IMG/VR virus record: IMGVR_UViG_3300008448_000009
Span: 32,001 to 96,000 of that record
Direction: 5' to 3' (one strand)
DNA length: 64,000 nt
Source of the DNA: a virus
Shown here: positions 1 to 10,559 of the stretch, one piece after another
How the letters are laid out: every line of letters begins with the position of its first letter
Numbering within the stretch: the first letter of the stretch is position 1
Notes under the pieces: model-generated
Told to the model about the DNA's origin: nothing
What the model saw: the letters and a program-made list of their open reading frames with translations, nothing else
The model's database searches: none
Position numbers and translations under genes: made by a program

Positions 1-372
1 GCTATTATCCAACAAACTAGAATTGGTACTGGTAAATATACCTTCCAAGGACCTTATAAAAACCCACAAATAACAGGTAACCTAAACGACGTTTACGGTG
101 CTACCAACACAAACGCATTAGCTGATAACTTATCCCCATATAATGGTAGAGGTACTGGTGACGGTGTAACTAACGGTGTATATGCAGCAATTACTAATTA
201 TGCTGGTGGTAATATTGAAGACATAAATGGTGTTGCTTCTTATGCGGGTTCTGGTAGAAATCAAGAAGTTACTCTTAATGCTGCGACTTGGGGTTACGGA
301 CCATCAGCTATTGCTGGTAGTAACTATGTAATACCTAACACAGCTGGTAACGTTGGTCAAGTAATAATCTAA
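1..372 (+). CDS. 5'-truncated G/N/T-rich protein, probably virion structural
   Basis: Frame +1 open from base 1 (AIIQQTRIGTGKY...) to TAA at 370-372; not in the ORF track. Confidence 0.6.
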   Translation, partial: AIIQQTRIGTGKYTFQGPYKNPQITGNLNDVYGATNTNALADNLSPYNGRGTGDGVTNGVYAAITNYAGGNIEDINGVASYAGSGRNQEVTLNAATWGYGPSAIAGSNYVIPNTAGNVGQVII

Positions 373-383
373 AAAAATATTTT

Positions 384-881
384 ATGAACCTTTACAATAT
401 CTTTGAAGAAGTTATATTAGAAGAAATCAAGAAAAATTCTCAGTTAATTTCTGAGGGTGTTTCTTCTGATGCTGTTAAATCTGCTATCAGAGATAAAGTA
501 AATGTAAACATACTTTATCAAGATTATGTTGACCAACCACCTAGTAAACGATATATACAAGTATATAATTACGCATCAACTAAAGCAAACAACGACTCAA
601 TTAGAGCGTATCAAATTAGTGGTGGTTCAAAAACTAAAAAACCAAATGCTTGGAAAATATTTTTGTTAGATAAAATAGTTGGTTGGTATCCAACAAACAT
701 GAAATGGCAAAACCCTGTATCTGATTACGATGCTAGCATTCCAGCTTATAACCAGTTAGGTGATAGAACGATGAGTCAAGTTTATGATAAAGTCAATCCT
801 GATACGTTCACTAGACAAAGAAGTGATATTTATCAAAACCCTAACTTAACACAAGATAACGAAGAAGACGAAGAATTTTAA
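384..881 (+). CDS. WYL-like domain protein with acidic N-terminal leader
   Basis: AIRDKVNVNILY...KRYIQVY...IRAYQ..GGS...WKIFLLDKI resembles the WYL fold pattern. Confidence 0.55.
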   Translation: MNLYNIFEEVILEEIKKNSQLISEGVSSDAVKSAIRDKVNVNILYQDYVDQPPSKRYIQVYNYASTKANNDSIRAYQISGGSKTKKPNAWKIFLLDKIVGWYPTNMKWQNPVSDYDASIPAYNQLGDRTMSQVYDKVNPDTFTRQRSDIYQNPNLTQDNEEDEEF

Positions 882-885
882 AATT

Positions 886-1500
886 ATGGATGTACCAAAA
901 CCAGTAGATATAGGTGCTTTAAGTGCTTTATTAGGTAAAGCAAAACAAGTAATGAATGTGGTAGAATCTAGAGCTCCAGAAAAAAAACAAGAAAGAGGTC
1001 GAGATTTTGACCCTAGAGACTCATATAATCAATCAATGTTTGATAATACTCCAATATATAATGAATCTGACGAAAGAGAACCTATCTATGAAAATTATCA
1101 ACAATCAGCACCACAAGGTGTTGTTCAAAACCATGACTACACCCCAGAACAAATTATGGCGTCAAATTTACCTCCAATAGTAAAAGAAGCGATGTTAAAA
1201 AACCCAATCCCTAGATTGAGTGGACCACCTTCAAAAGTTAGTGCTGAAGACATTGCTAGAATAACTGGAGCTAAAATTAGAACACCACAACATCAACAAC
1301 AAAGACAAGTTATTTCTGAAGGTAGAACGAGTGATGATATGATAACGATTAGCAAAACCCAATTACAAGATATGATTAATGAATCAATCAACACTTTCTT
1401 TAAGCAAACGTATAATAAAACTGTTACAGAAGAAACAATAAAAAAGACAATTAATCTACTAATAAAAGAAGGTAAAATACAAACTAAAAGAAAAATATAA
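886..1500 (+). CDS. hypothetical protein
   Basis: 204 aa ORF ending at a terminator. Confidence 0.6.
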   Translation: MDVPKPVDIGALSALLGKAKQVMNVVESRAPEKKQERGRDFDPRDSYNQSMFDNTPIYNESDEREPIYENYQQSAPQGVVQNHDYTPEQIMASNLPPIVKEAMLKNPIPRLSGPPSKVSAEDIARITGAKIRTPQHQQQRQVISEGRTSDDMITISKTQLQDMINESINTFFKQTYNKTVTEETIKKTINLLIKEGKIQTKRKI

Positions 1501-1528
1501 AAAAAAGGGGTTTAATAACCCCTTTTTT
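1501..1528 (+). terminator. intrinsic terminator
   Basis: AAAAAAGGGGTT-TAAT-AACCCCTTTTTT hairpin with T-tract. Confidence 0.85.
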
Positions 1529-1592
1529 ATTTACTATTTGTTTTTAAAACGATATATTTAAAAATCAATAAAATGTTTTAAAACAAATTTTC

Positions 1593-2819
1593 ATGAAAAA
1601 ATTAAAAGTATTGGTAGTGCCTTCAGACCGTACAGGTGTAAGCTACTTCCGTTCAACAAACCCACACATCGCATTAGAAAACAATTACCCAGATGAGTTT
1701 TCAGTAGATATTGATTATGAACCACAATTAAATAACGATGAGTGGTTAAAACAATATGACATCATTCATTACCATAGAACACTTGGTAGTTACGAGCAAA
1801 TGCCACAATTATTACAACATCTAGATAATTTAGGTATAGTTACCATTATGGATTTAGATGACCATTGGGCTCCAGGTCCACACCACCCAGCATATCACAT
1901 TATTAAATCTTCTGGGTTAGATAAAAAGATATTAGACAACATCAAGTGCGCTAGAAACGTAACAACAACAACACGTTTATTTGCAGAAGAAATAGCTAAA
2001 CACAATAAAAATGTTTTTGTTCTTCCAAACGCAGTTGAACCAACTGAAAAACAATTTACTCCAAACTTAGAAAAATCTGATAGAATTAGAATCGGATGGT
2101 TAGGTGGGTCTTCTCACTTAAAAGATTTAGAAATTCTTAATGGTGTTGTGACTAAATTAAGAGGTGATAATTTGATTGACAAAGTTCAGTTTGTTTTGTG
2201 TGGTTTTGATACAAGAGGTACACACACAGAAATTGACCAAGCAACTGGTCAGCAAAAAGTAAGACAAATTACACCTATGGAAAGTGTTTGGTTTAGATAT
2301 GAAAAAATATTTACAGACAACTATCAAATCGTTAGCCCAGAGTATAAATCTCACCTTATGAAATTTACATTGGATGAATTCCCAAATGTTGCTAATGAAC
2401 CGTATAGAAGAGTTTGGACAAAACCAATATCAACTTACGCGTCAAACTATAATTTATTTGATATTTCATTGGCACCACTAGAAGAAAACGTTTTCAACAA
2501 AGTTAAAAGTCAACTAAAGGTTATCGAAGCTGGTTTTCACCATAAAGCTATTATCGCTCAAGACTTTGGCCCATATAAATTGGATTTAAAAAATGCGATT
2601 CAATATGGTGGTGGTTTTGATGAAACAGCCAACGGTATTCTTATCGACTCTAAAAAGAACCACAAAGATTGGTATACTTCGTTGAAAAAATTAATAACAA
2701 ACCCTAATATGATTCCAATCCTTCAAGAAAATCTTTACAACACTGTTAAAGACACATATTCAATGAACAAAGTAACTGAGGATAGAAAAGAATTATATTT
2801 AAAATTAACACAAAAATAA
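1593..2819 (+). CDS. GT-B (GT4-like) glycosyltransferase
   Basis: MDLDDHW, IGWLGGSSH and DISLAPL...FNKVKSQLKVIEAG motifs. Confidence 0.8.
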   Translation: MKKLKVLVVPSDRTGVSYFRSTNPHIALENNYPDEFSVDIDYEPQLNNDEWLKQYDIIHYHRTLGSYEQMPQLLQHLDNLGIVTIMDLDDHWAPGPHHPAYHIIKSSGLDKKILDNIKCARNVTTTTRLFAEEIAKHNKNVFVLPNAVEPTEKQFTPNLEKSDRIRIGWLGGSSHLKDLEILNGVVTKLRGDNLIDKVQFVLCGFDTRGTHTEIDQATGQQKVRQITPMESVWFRYEKIFTDNYQIVSPEYKSHLMKFTLDEFPNVANEPYRRVWTKPISTYASNYNLFDISLAPLEENVFNKVKSQLKVIEAGFHHKAIIAQDFGPYKLDLKNAIQYGGGFDETANGILIDSKKNHKDWYTSLKKLITNPNMIPILQENLYNTVKDTYSMNKVTEDRKELYLKLTQK

Positions 2820-2820
2820 A

Positions 2821-3210
2821 ATGGGAAAGAAAAAAGATTTAAAAAAAGTATTGGTATTTTTGGCTGATTATTTAAAAGAAGAAAAAACTAAAAAAAGAAA
2901 AAAAGTTAAAGTTGAAAAAACATTGTTGGTTGAACAAAAAGAAGATGAATTAACTAAACTTAAAACACCTATAGATAACCTTAGTGTAACGGCAGAACAT
3001 ATCAAAGACCTTATGGATAGGATTGATGAAAAAAGAGTGGAAGAAGCTAAAACTAAAACTTTGTTATCCAACCAAAGAAAAGAATTTCAAGAAGAGATTA
3101 AAAAAGTAAAAGAAAACGCTATTGAAAAAATTTTAGAGTCTAAAAAAGAAGAAGAAGTTTTATTAAGTGGTGTTACTTTGTCAGTGTTAAATAATGATTT
3201 TTCAAATTAA
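2821..3210 (+). CDS. K/E-rich coiled-coil hypothetical protein
   Basis: 129 aa ORF starting 1 nt after the upstream stop. Confidence 0.5.
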   Translation: MGKKKDLKKVLVFLADYLKEEKTKKRKKVKVEKTLLVEQKEDELTKLKTPIDNLSVTAEHIKDLMDRIDEKRVEEAKTKTLLSNQRKEFQEEIKKVKENAIEKILESKKEEEVLLSGVTLSVLNNDFSN

Positions 3211-3237
3211 CATAGATAAAAAAAGTATACAAAAACA

Positions 3238-3268
3238 TTGATTTTTTGTATTTTTATGCGTATATTTG
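3238..3268 (+). promoter_or_regulatory. Bacteroidota-type -33/-7 promoter
   Basis: TTG (3238-3240), 20 nt spacer, TATATTTG (3261-3268). Confidence 0.7.
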
Positions 3269-3301
3269 TAAAAAAATAACAGATACTAATATATAAAAAC
3301 A

Positions 3302-3853
3302 ATGTCTTTAACACAAGAAAAAATCCTTGCTAACACAAAAAAATATTTTGAGACAGCAAAAAATAATGATTTCATGACTGATGAACTTATGACTTTCTTA
3401 GGTGAAAGTTTTATAAAAGCTCCAGCATCAACAATGGATTCTTTACATAACGCTTTTGAAGGTGGTCTAATTGACCATTTATTAAGAGTTGCGTTTTACG
3501 CTGTAAGATTCAATAACTCATTACCAGACGACAAAAAAGTAGACCAAAAAAGTCTTCTTAAAGTTTGTTTGCTACACCAAATCGGTAAAGCTAATCTTTA
3601 TGTTGACGGTCCAGAATGGGCAAAGAAAAACGGTAAACATTACGATTTCAACAACTTATTGGTTTCAATGAGAGTTAGTGAAAGAAGTATTTACTATGCA
3701 ACATCTAATGGAGTTACTTTCACAGAAGAAGAATTTGGCGCTATTCTAATGTCAGATAAATCAGATGACAAACAAGCAGAATACCATAATTCAACTTTGG
3801 GTGATTTGTTAAAAATGTCTAACTTATTTGCAATTAAACACGAGAAAAACTAA
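3302..3853 (+). CDS. HD-superfamily protein, HD motif degenerate (HQ)
   Basis: APAS...HNAFEGGLIDH...LLHQIGK as in YhaM/Cbf1-type HD domains. Confidence 0.65.
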   Translation: MSLTQEKILANTKKYFETAKNNDFMTDELMTFLGESFIKAPASTMDSLHNAFEGGLIDHLLRVAFYAVRFNNSLPDDKKVDQKSLLKVCLLHQIGKANLYVDGPEWAKKNGKHYDFNNLLVSMRVSERSIYYATSNGVTFTEEEFGAILMSDKSDDKQAEYHNSTLGDLLKMSNLFAIKHEKN

Positions 3854-4434
3854 TGAATTACAACGTTGAAGAAATGAGAAAGAAGTTATTAGATACTTTT
3901 GATTCTAATAGCGGTTATACTATGGATGATTTTAACAAAGAGTTCAATAACCAAATGCCTTTAAGTATTGCTGAACAATTCAAATTCAAGGTTAATTTCA
4001 AAAATGAATCAACAAACCCAGACCCAGAGTATGCAACTGCTGGGTCTTCTGGTTTTGATTTAAGAGCTAATCTAGTAGACGGTCCTATGAAACTATACAC
4101 TGGTGAAAGAGCTATAGTGCCAACTGGTTTATTTTTTGAATTACCAGAAAACTTTGAGATTCAAGTTAGACCTAGAAGTGGTTTGGCTGCTAAGAATGGT
4201 GTTACGGTTTTGAATACACCTGGAACGGTTGATGCTGATTATCGCGGTGAAATTAAAGTTATCTTAATTAATTTAGGTGAAAAACCATTTGAAATATTTC
4301 ATGGTGATAGAATAGCCCAAGCAGTTGTTGCTAGTGTAACAGCTAAAAACATTATTAACTTAAATAGAGTTACTGAAATATCAGAAAACACTGAACGTGG
4401 TTCTGGTGGGTTTGGTAGCACAGGAATAAACTAA
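3853..4434 (+). CDS. dut: trimeric dUTPase
   Basis: GFDL, RSG, GTVDADYRGEI, RIAQ and RGSGGFGSTG motifs. Confidence 0.95.
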   Translation: MNYNVEEMRKKLLDTFDSNSGYTMDDFNKEFNNQMPLSIAEQFKFKVNFKNESTNPDPEYATAGSSGFDLRANLVDGPMKLYTGERAIVPTGLFFELPENFEIQVRPRSGLAAKNGVTVLNTPGTVDADYRGEIKVILINLGEKPFEIFHGDRIAQAVVASVTAKNIINLNRVTEISENTERGSGGFGSTGIN

Positions 4435-4438
4435 AACA

Positions 4439-6085
4439 ATGGTAACAGTAGTATATTGTACAAGAGAAACAAAGCCAGAACATAGAGAACACTTGATTAA
4501 GTCTTCTGGGCTTCATAAACACATTGAGGTGATAGAAATCATCAACAATGGTGAATCACTAACCAAAGCGTATAATCGTGGCTTAAAACAAGCTAAAAAC
4601 AATATTGTGGTTTTTTGTCATGATGATTTAACTATTGAGACAAAACAATGGGGTAATAAATTAACCAAACTATTTGATAAAAACCCAAAGTTTGGTATCA
4701 TTGGTGTTGCTGGTAGCAAAAACATGCCAGAGTCTGGTCAATGGTGGGAAAACAGAAGTAAAATGTATGGTCGCGTACAACACACGCACGAAGGCAAAAC
4801 TTGGTTATCAAGTTATTCTGAGGACTTAGGTCAAGAACTTGAAGAAGTTGTTGTTTGTGATGGTGTTTGGTTTGCTGTTGATAAGACAAGGTTAAAAAAA
4901 GAATTTAATGAACAAGTTGAAGGATTTCATTTTTATGACGTAACTTTTGCTTTTGAAAACTATCTACAAGGTGTTAAAGTTGGGGTAACTACTGCTATTA
5001 GAATCAATCACCAATCTATCGGTATGACCAACGAAGCGTGGGAAAAAAACAGAGCTGATTTCTCTGAAGCTTTCCAAGCATTCTTACCAGCAAACGTAAA
5101 GAAAACACTTAGAAAAGGTCAAAAACTTAAAGTACTTATTGGCTGTTTAAGTTTTGCTAATTATACTGGTTCAGAACTATACGTTTTTGAGCTAGCCAAA
5201 CAACTAATTAAACAGGGTTGTGATGTTTCTGTATGTTCAAGTATTGGAGAACCTTTATTATCTGCTGCAAATAAACTAGGTGTTAAAATGTATAGTATAC
5301 AAGAACCACCTGGTTTTAAACTAGGTGATGGTAAATGGATGTTAAAATCGCCACAAGGTGATGTAGTATCACAACCAAACACACTGTACAAAGTTAGTGA
5401 TGTAAATTTTGATGTAATTCATTTAAACCACAAACCAGTTACAGAACATTTATTAAGATTCTATCCAGAAACACCTGTAATCTGTTCTATACATTCAGAA
5501 GTAATCTCTTTAGAAGAACCAGTTATTTCCCCACAAATAAAACAATACATAGCTATTAGACCAGAAATTAAAGAACACATCGTGGAGACTTTTGGTGTTG
5601 ATAAAGATTTGGTTAGTGTTATCTACAACCCAATTGATGCTGATAAATTTAAAGTGGTTAACACAACTGAAAAAAGAAATAAAAAAAGAATACTTTTTGT
5701 CGGTACTATTGATTATCTTAGAAGAAACACAATTCAAGATTTGATAAATGTTACTCGAGAAAACAACCAAGAACTTTGGATTGTTGGGAAGAAAAACGAT
5801 ACGTATTTAGATGATATGATAGCCAACGAACCACATGTAACATATTATGAACCTACATCTAATGTTGAAAAATTCATTCATCAATGTGATGAAACCGCTG
5901 GGATACTTTTAGGTAGAACAACTATTGAAGGTTGGATGTGTGGTAAATCTGGTTGGATTTACAACGTTGATTCTACTGGAATTATATTGTCAAAAGCATT
6001 GCATGAAGTACCTACAGACGTTGATAAATTTAACAGCAAAAACATAACAACCCAAATAATTGAAGAATATAAAAAAATATTATAA
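4439..6085 (+). CDS. two-domain glycosyltransferase (GT2-like + GT-B-like)
   Basis: N-half AYNRG..FCHDD..FHFYD; C-half GSELYV..GRTTIEGWMCG. Confidence 0.75.
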   Translation: MVTVVYCTRETKPEHREHLIKSSGLHKHIEVIEIINNGESLTKAYNRGLKQAKNNIVVFCHDDLTIETKQWGNKLTKLFDKNPKFGIIGVAGSKNMPESGQWWENRSKMYGRVQHTHEGKTWLSSYSEDLGQELEEVVVCDGVWFAVDKTRLKKEFNEQVEGFHFYDVTFAFENYLQGVKVGVTTAIRINHQSIGMTNEAWEKNRADFSEAFQAFLPANVKKTLRKGQKLKVLIGCLSFANYTGSELYVFELAKQLIKQGCDVSVCSSIGEPLLSAANKLGVKMYSIQEPPGFKLGDGKWMLKSPQGDVVSQPNTLYKVSDVNFDVIHLNHKPVTEHLLRFYPETPVICSIHSEVISLEEPVISPQIKQYIAIRPEIKEHIVETFGVDKDLVSVIYNPIDADKFKVVNTTEKRNKKRILFVGTIDYLRRNTIQDLINVTRENNQELWIVGKKNDTYLDDMIANEPHVTYYEPTSNVEKFIHQCDETAGILLGRTTIEGWMCGKSGWIYNVDSTGIILSKALHEVPTDVDKFNSKNITTQIIEEYKKIL

Positions 6086-7032
6086 TGAGTGTGATAGAAT
6101 GGTTTAAAAGGAAAGTTGCTGTAGTGTCATTAGCTTTAAGCAACGTTGAAAAAGGCGCGTTGACGCAGACTGGTGAAGGTTTATCTAGTGATGTAACACA
6201 TAGTCAAAGACTTAGTCAAGGTCAAGTTGCTGATTCATTGATAAATGGTGAAGTAACTCAAGAAGTGCTTAATCTTAAATGGAGGACATATAAGGTTTTG
6301 AAAGCCACTGAAGGTCTTACAGCTGAAATAGTTGGTTATGATAAGGATGGTATGCCTATAGTTAAAACTCAAAAAAGAAGCAAGAAAAAAGGTCTTAAAA
6401 AAGTAAACTTAGATACTATCGATAACTATGTGTTAGAGATGGTTGTCGACAATAGTGAGATAGTATTATCTGGAAGTCAAGCTATGGATAACGAACATAT
6501 TAGTTTATTAGATGAGGTTATGTTAAATGATGGTGAGATTGGACAAACAGCTACTCATGGTAGTATTGATTCTGACGAATATTTTATAACTAGTAAAACT
6601 GAACGACCTATAAAAATTGGTAGAGACACATTACCAAATTTTTACATAGAAAATTTTGCCAAGAAATTAAACGTAAGAAAAATTAATAAAAACAAAAGAT
6701 TATTAGAATTCTACGTTAGCAAATATGTTAACGAAGACAATAGAACTAGTAGATTATTTATTAGCGCTATTAAAAAAGTTATGAGCGGTAACACACAAAA
6801 ACAAAGTTTTATAGAACTTAAAGATGTGGAATTTGTTACTTACAAAAGTTTAGGTGTTGAAGATTATTTGGAGTTTAAATACGATATAGAATCTTTTGAT
6901 AAAATAATTGAATTTAACGGATTCTATGTGATAAAATTTGTTGCCAAAGTCACTACTAACGGTAAATACCTTTTTGAAGAACATAGAGTAGATGAGTTAG
7001 ATAAAAAATACGAACAAAAAGCTAAAAAATAA
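6085..7032 (+). CDS. hypothetical protein in glycan island
   Basis: 315 aa ORF, TAATG overlap with both neighbours. Confidence 0.6.
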   Translation: MSVIEWFKRKVAVVSLALSNVEKGALTQTGEGLSSDVTHSQRLSQGQVADSLINGEVTQEVLNLKWRTYKVLKATEGLTAEIVGYDKDGMPIVKTQKRSKKKGLKKVNLDTIDNYVLEMVVDNSEIVLSGSQAMDNEHISLLDEVMLNDGEIGQTATHGSIDSDEYFITSKTERPIKIGRDTLPNFYIENFAKKLNVRKINKNKRLLEFYVSKYVNEDNRTSRLFISAIKKVMSGNTQKQSFIELKDVEFVTYKSLGVEDYLEFKYDIESFDKIIEFNGFYVIKFVAKVTTNGKYLFEEHRVDELDKKYEQKAKK

Positions 7033-7655
7033 TGGTTGATTTAAAAAAATATTTTGATAGAATTTATGTAATCAACCTAGACAGACGACCAGATAGGTTA
7101 GAGAAATTTAATCTAGAGCTTGATAAGTTCGGAATTACCGATGTTGAAAAATTTTCAGCGATTGACGGAACAACTATTTCACCAAATAATAACACTTTGT
7201 TAGCTGGTGAAATAGGTGTTTTAATGTCACATCTAGAAATAATTAAAAAATGTCATTCTGAAGGGGTTAAAAATGTTTTAATATTAGAAGATGATGTGTT
7301 TTTCACTGATGAAATAAAAAAGTTAGATGAATATATGTTAGAAGTCCCTAAAGATTGGGATTTTATTTATTTTGGTGGAAACCATGTTTACGGGGCTGCA
7401 CCAACGAAAATATCAGATAAAGTGCTTAAATTAAATTTTACAGTAGCTTTACAATGTGTTGCGATAAACAATACATTATTTGAAACCATCATGGCTATTT
7501 TACCTAAAATGGGTAAACAAGTTGATGGTTATTACGCACAATTACATAACGTCTACAATGCTTATGGGTTTTATCCTAATATGGCAAAACAAGTTGCTGG
7601 TTTTAGTGACATCCAAAATAGGAACGTAGACTATTCAGGGTTTTTTAAAGATTAA
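7032..7655 (+). CDS. GT25 glycosyltransferase
   Basis: YVINLDRRPDR, AIDG, GEIGVLMSH and LILEDD motifs. Confidence 0.85.
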   Translation: MVDLKKYFDRIYVINLDRRPDRLEKFNLELDKFGITDVEKFSAIDGTTISPNNNTLLAGEIGVLMSHLEIIKKCHSEGVKNVLILEDDVFFTDEIKKLDEYMLEVPKDWDFIYFGGNHVYGAAPTKISDKVLKLNFTVALQCVAINNTLFETIMAILPKMGKQVDGYYAQLHNVYNAYGFYPNMAKQVAGFSDIQNRNVDYSGFFKD

Positions 7656-8479
7656 TGGAAAAATATAAAAATCAATTAATTATTTTCTCTAAAAATAGGG
7701 CGTGTCAATTGAATCTTTTGTTAGATTCGTTAGTATTAAATGCTCCGCTATTATTTGACAAAATACATGTTTTATATAAATCTGAAAACGATTATATTTT
7801 GGGGTACGAAAAACTTAAAGAAAAATACAGTGGTATCAATTTCCATTCTGAAACTAATTTTAGAAAAGATTTATTTAAACTAATAGATGACGAAATTGAA
7901 GTAACAACATTTATGGTTGATGATGCGGTAGTGTTTAAACAAATAATGGCTAGGAAAATAGAAATAATCAAACCAGTTGTTGAAAACAATTTAATATTTT
8001 CATTAAGACTAGGTAAAAATTGTGTTTATTCGCATCCAGCTAATTTAAACTATACTCTTGGTGAACATGAAGTAGATGGTGAATATATTAGCTTCGACTA
8101 TACCAAACAACAAATAGGTGATTTCAAATACCCACTATCAACAGATGGCCATATTTTTAACACTAAATTAATAAAAGATTTACTTATAGATATTAATTTT
8201 CACAACCCAAATACCTTAGAAGCCAATTTACAAAAATTTGTTTTTATGAATTCTATACCTACTAAAATGAAATGTTTTACTGAATCAAAATTAGTTAGCA
8301 TACCAGTTAATTTGGTTAATGAAACCTTTAATAATAGACATGGATTGGAATTTGGTATATCAGAAAAAGAACTTAACGATAAATATCTTAACGGTGAGGT
8401 TATAGATTTAAAATCCATGGATTTTAATGGTATAAATGGACCACATAAAGAAATAATATATAAATTTAAAACGAATTAA
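7655..8479 (+). CDS. putative GT-A glycosyltransferase
   Basis: IFSKNRACQL..LLDS and FMVDD (DxD-like); island context. Confidence 0.55.
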   Translation: MEKYKNQLIIFSKNRACQLNLLLDSLVLNAPLLFDKIHVLYKSENDYILGYEKLKEKYSGINFHSETNFRKDLFKLIDDEIEVTTFMVDDAVVFKQIMARKIEIIKPVVENNLIFSLRLGKNCVYSHPANLNYTLGEHEVDGEYISFDYTKQQIGDFKYPLSTDGHIFNTKLIKDLLIDINFHNPNTLEANLQKFVFMNSIPTKMKCFTESKLVSIPVNLVNETFNNRHGLEFGISEKELNDKYLNGEVIDLKSMDFNGINGPHKEIIYKFKTN

Positions 8480-8480
8480 A

Positions 8481-9092
8481 ATGCTATTAAACTTAGACAA
8501 TTTAAAAGAAAAATATGACCTTAAAATTAAAGGTATATTACACATTGGTGCTCACGTTGGTCAAGAATATAACACATACCAAAGATTAGGTATTGATAAC
8601 GTAATGTTCTTCGAACCAGTACCATCAACATTTCAAAGACTAAAAGAAAATGTTGGTGATAACGCAATTTTACATAACACTGCTTTAGGTAATATTGAAG
8701 GTGAAGTTGAAATGTTTACTGAAACTATAAACGAAGGACAATCTAGTTCTGTTTTACAACCAGACTATCATTTGGTGCAACACCCAAATATTCAATTTGA
8801 TGGGAAAGAAACTGTTAAAATAACAAAGTTAGATAATTTTATTGAAGATAAAGATAAATATAATTTCATCAACGTAGACGTTCAAGGTTATGAACTAGAA
8901 GTTTTTAAAGGTGGTTCTGAATTTTTAAATTCCATTGATTATATCATGACTGAAGTAAACCGAGCTGAACTTTATAAAGGTTGTGCTAGAATTGAAGAAT
9001 TAGATACTTTCCTAAGTGAATATGGTTTTGAAAGAGTTGAAACAACTTGGGATGGTGGAACATGGGGAGACGCTTTTTATGTTAAAGGATAA
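8481..9092 (+). CDS. FkbM-family methyltransferase
   Basis: HIGAHVG, FEP and VDVQGYELEV motifs. Confidence 0.88.
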   Translation: MLLNLDNLKEKYDLKIKGILHIGAHVGQEYNTYQRLGIDNVMFFEPVPSTFQRLKENVGDNAILHNTALGNIEGEVEMFTETINEGQSSSVLQPDYHLVQHPNIQFDGKETVKITKLDNFIEDKDKYNFINVDVQGYELEVFKGGSEFLNSIDYIMTEVNRAELYKGCARIEELDTFLSEYGFERVETTWDGGTWGDAFYVKG

Positions 9093-9888
9093 ACTATACA
9101 TACATGATAGAATGTTTTCTCACGCAAAATCTAGTAGTGGGCACAATGAACCAGAGCTATTTGAATGGGTTAGAAAATATGATGAAGACCATTTAATTTT
9201 AACTGACTTTTCATTAACGGAAGTTGATAAGTTTATCAACCCTAAAAAATATGGTTGGCTATTAGAATCACCAGAAATAACACCTAATGCTTATCAATAC
9301 ATAGCTAAAAATTACGATAAATTTGATATGGTTTTTACGTTTAGTAAAGAGCTACTCAAAATATCTGATAAATTTGTTTTAATACCCTACGGTGGTTGTT
9401 GGATTGATGTGGAAGATAGAATGATTTATGAAAAATCAAAAAATGTTTCTATTATCCTATCAGCAAAACAAACAACAGTAGGTCATAGACTTAGACATAC
9501 AGTTTTAAAAACTTTTCCAGCGTTAGACAATTTCGGGTTTAACAATCCAATTGAAAAAAAGATTACAGCGTTAAAAGATTATCGTTTTTCAATTGTAATT
9601 GAAAACTGTCAAAAAGATTATTATTTTAGTGAAAAATTGATTGATTGTTTTATGACTGGTACAATACCAATTTATTGGGGCTGCCCATCTATTGGTGAAT
9701 TTTTCGACACCAATGGAATGTTGATAATAAATAACGTTGATGATTTAGAAGCAGCGATAAAATCTTTAAGTGAAAAACTCTACGCTTCGAAATTGGAATC
9801 AATCAAACATAATTTTGAAGTGGCTAAAAAATATTTGGTCGCTGATAACATCATATACAATAAATTAAAAGAATATGAAGGTAGTTAG
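9079..9888 (+). CDS. GT10-like alpha-1,3/4-fucosyltransferase
   Basis: YRFSIVIEN...YFSEKLIDCF..GTIPIYWG motif; start moved to ATG 9079 overlapping the upstream stop. Confidence 0.8.
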   Translation: MLKDKLYIHDRMFSHAKSSSGHNEPELFEWVRKYDEDHLILTDFSLTEVDKFINPKKYGWLLESPEITPNAYQYIAKNYDKFDMVFTFSKELLKISDKFVLIPYGGCWIDVEDRMIYEKSKNVSIILSAKQTTVGHRLRHTVLKTFPALDNFGFNNPIEKKITALKDYRFSIVIENCQKDYYFSEKLIDCFMTGTIPIYWGCPSIGEFFDTNGMLIINNVDDLEAAIKSLSEKLYASKLESIKHNFEVAKKYLVADNIIYNKLKEYEGS

Positions 9889-10558
9889 TTTCTCACTATA
9901 CGGTGATAACGTGATTTACACTGTTGGTTGTATAAAAAACGCCATATTAATGGAGGATTACTTCAAAGATTGGGAAATGTGGGTTTACCATAATGATTCG
10001 GTACCTAGCTTTATTCTGGAAGAGCTTCAAACTCTAGGTGTGCATCTTATCAATACACATGAAAATAATGGGTTTTTGGGTTCCCTTTGGCGTTTCAGAC
10101 CAATCATGGACCAACAGGTTGAATACTTTATATCTAGGGATTGTGATTCAAGGATTAGTTTGCGTGATGAAACCGCTGTCAACGAATGGATTGAGTCTGG
10201 AAAAAGTTTCCACATTATAAGAGAACACCCTATTGGTCACGGTTGGGTTATCAACGCTGGAATGTGGGGTGCCAAGGGTGGTTCAATCCAAAACTTTTCA
10301 GAGTTAATGAGTGCTTACTTGCAAAAAAATAATAGGACTGGTGATAAGACCGTAGACCAATGTTTTTTGAGAGATATTATTCACCCGATTGTGGTTAATG
10401 ATTTGTTTCTACATGATGAGTTCTTCAACTACGAAGGTATTGGGACTCACATAAAAAGAGATAGAAACTTAGACAATTTTGCTTTTATTGGTGAGTCAGT
10501 AGATGAAAATAATTTTCCTAGGGGTGACCAAAGGACTAGTATAAGACAAAGATATTAA
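9875..10558 (+). CDS. putative glycosyltransferase
   Basis: SFSLYG, WRF, SRDCDSR, AGMWG and DQ.FL motifs. Confidence 0.6.
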   Translation: MKVVSFSLYGDNVIYTVGCIKNAILMEDYFKDWEMWVYHNDSVPSFILEELQTLGVHLINTHENNGFLGSLWRFRPIMDQQVEYFISRDCDSRISLRDETAVNEWIESGKSFHIIREHPIGHGWVINAGMWGAKGGSIQNFSELMSAYLQKNNRTGDKTVDQCFLRDIIHPIVVNDLFLHDEFFNYEGIGTHIKRDRNLDNFAFIGESVDENNFPRGDQRTSIRQRY

Positions 10559-10559
10559 A

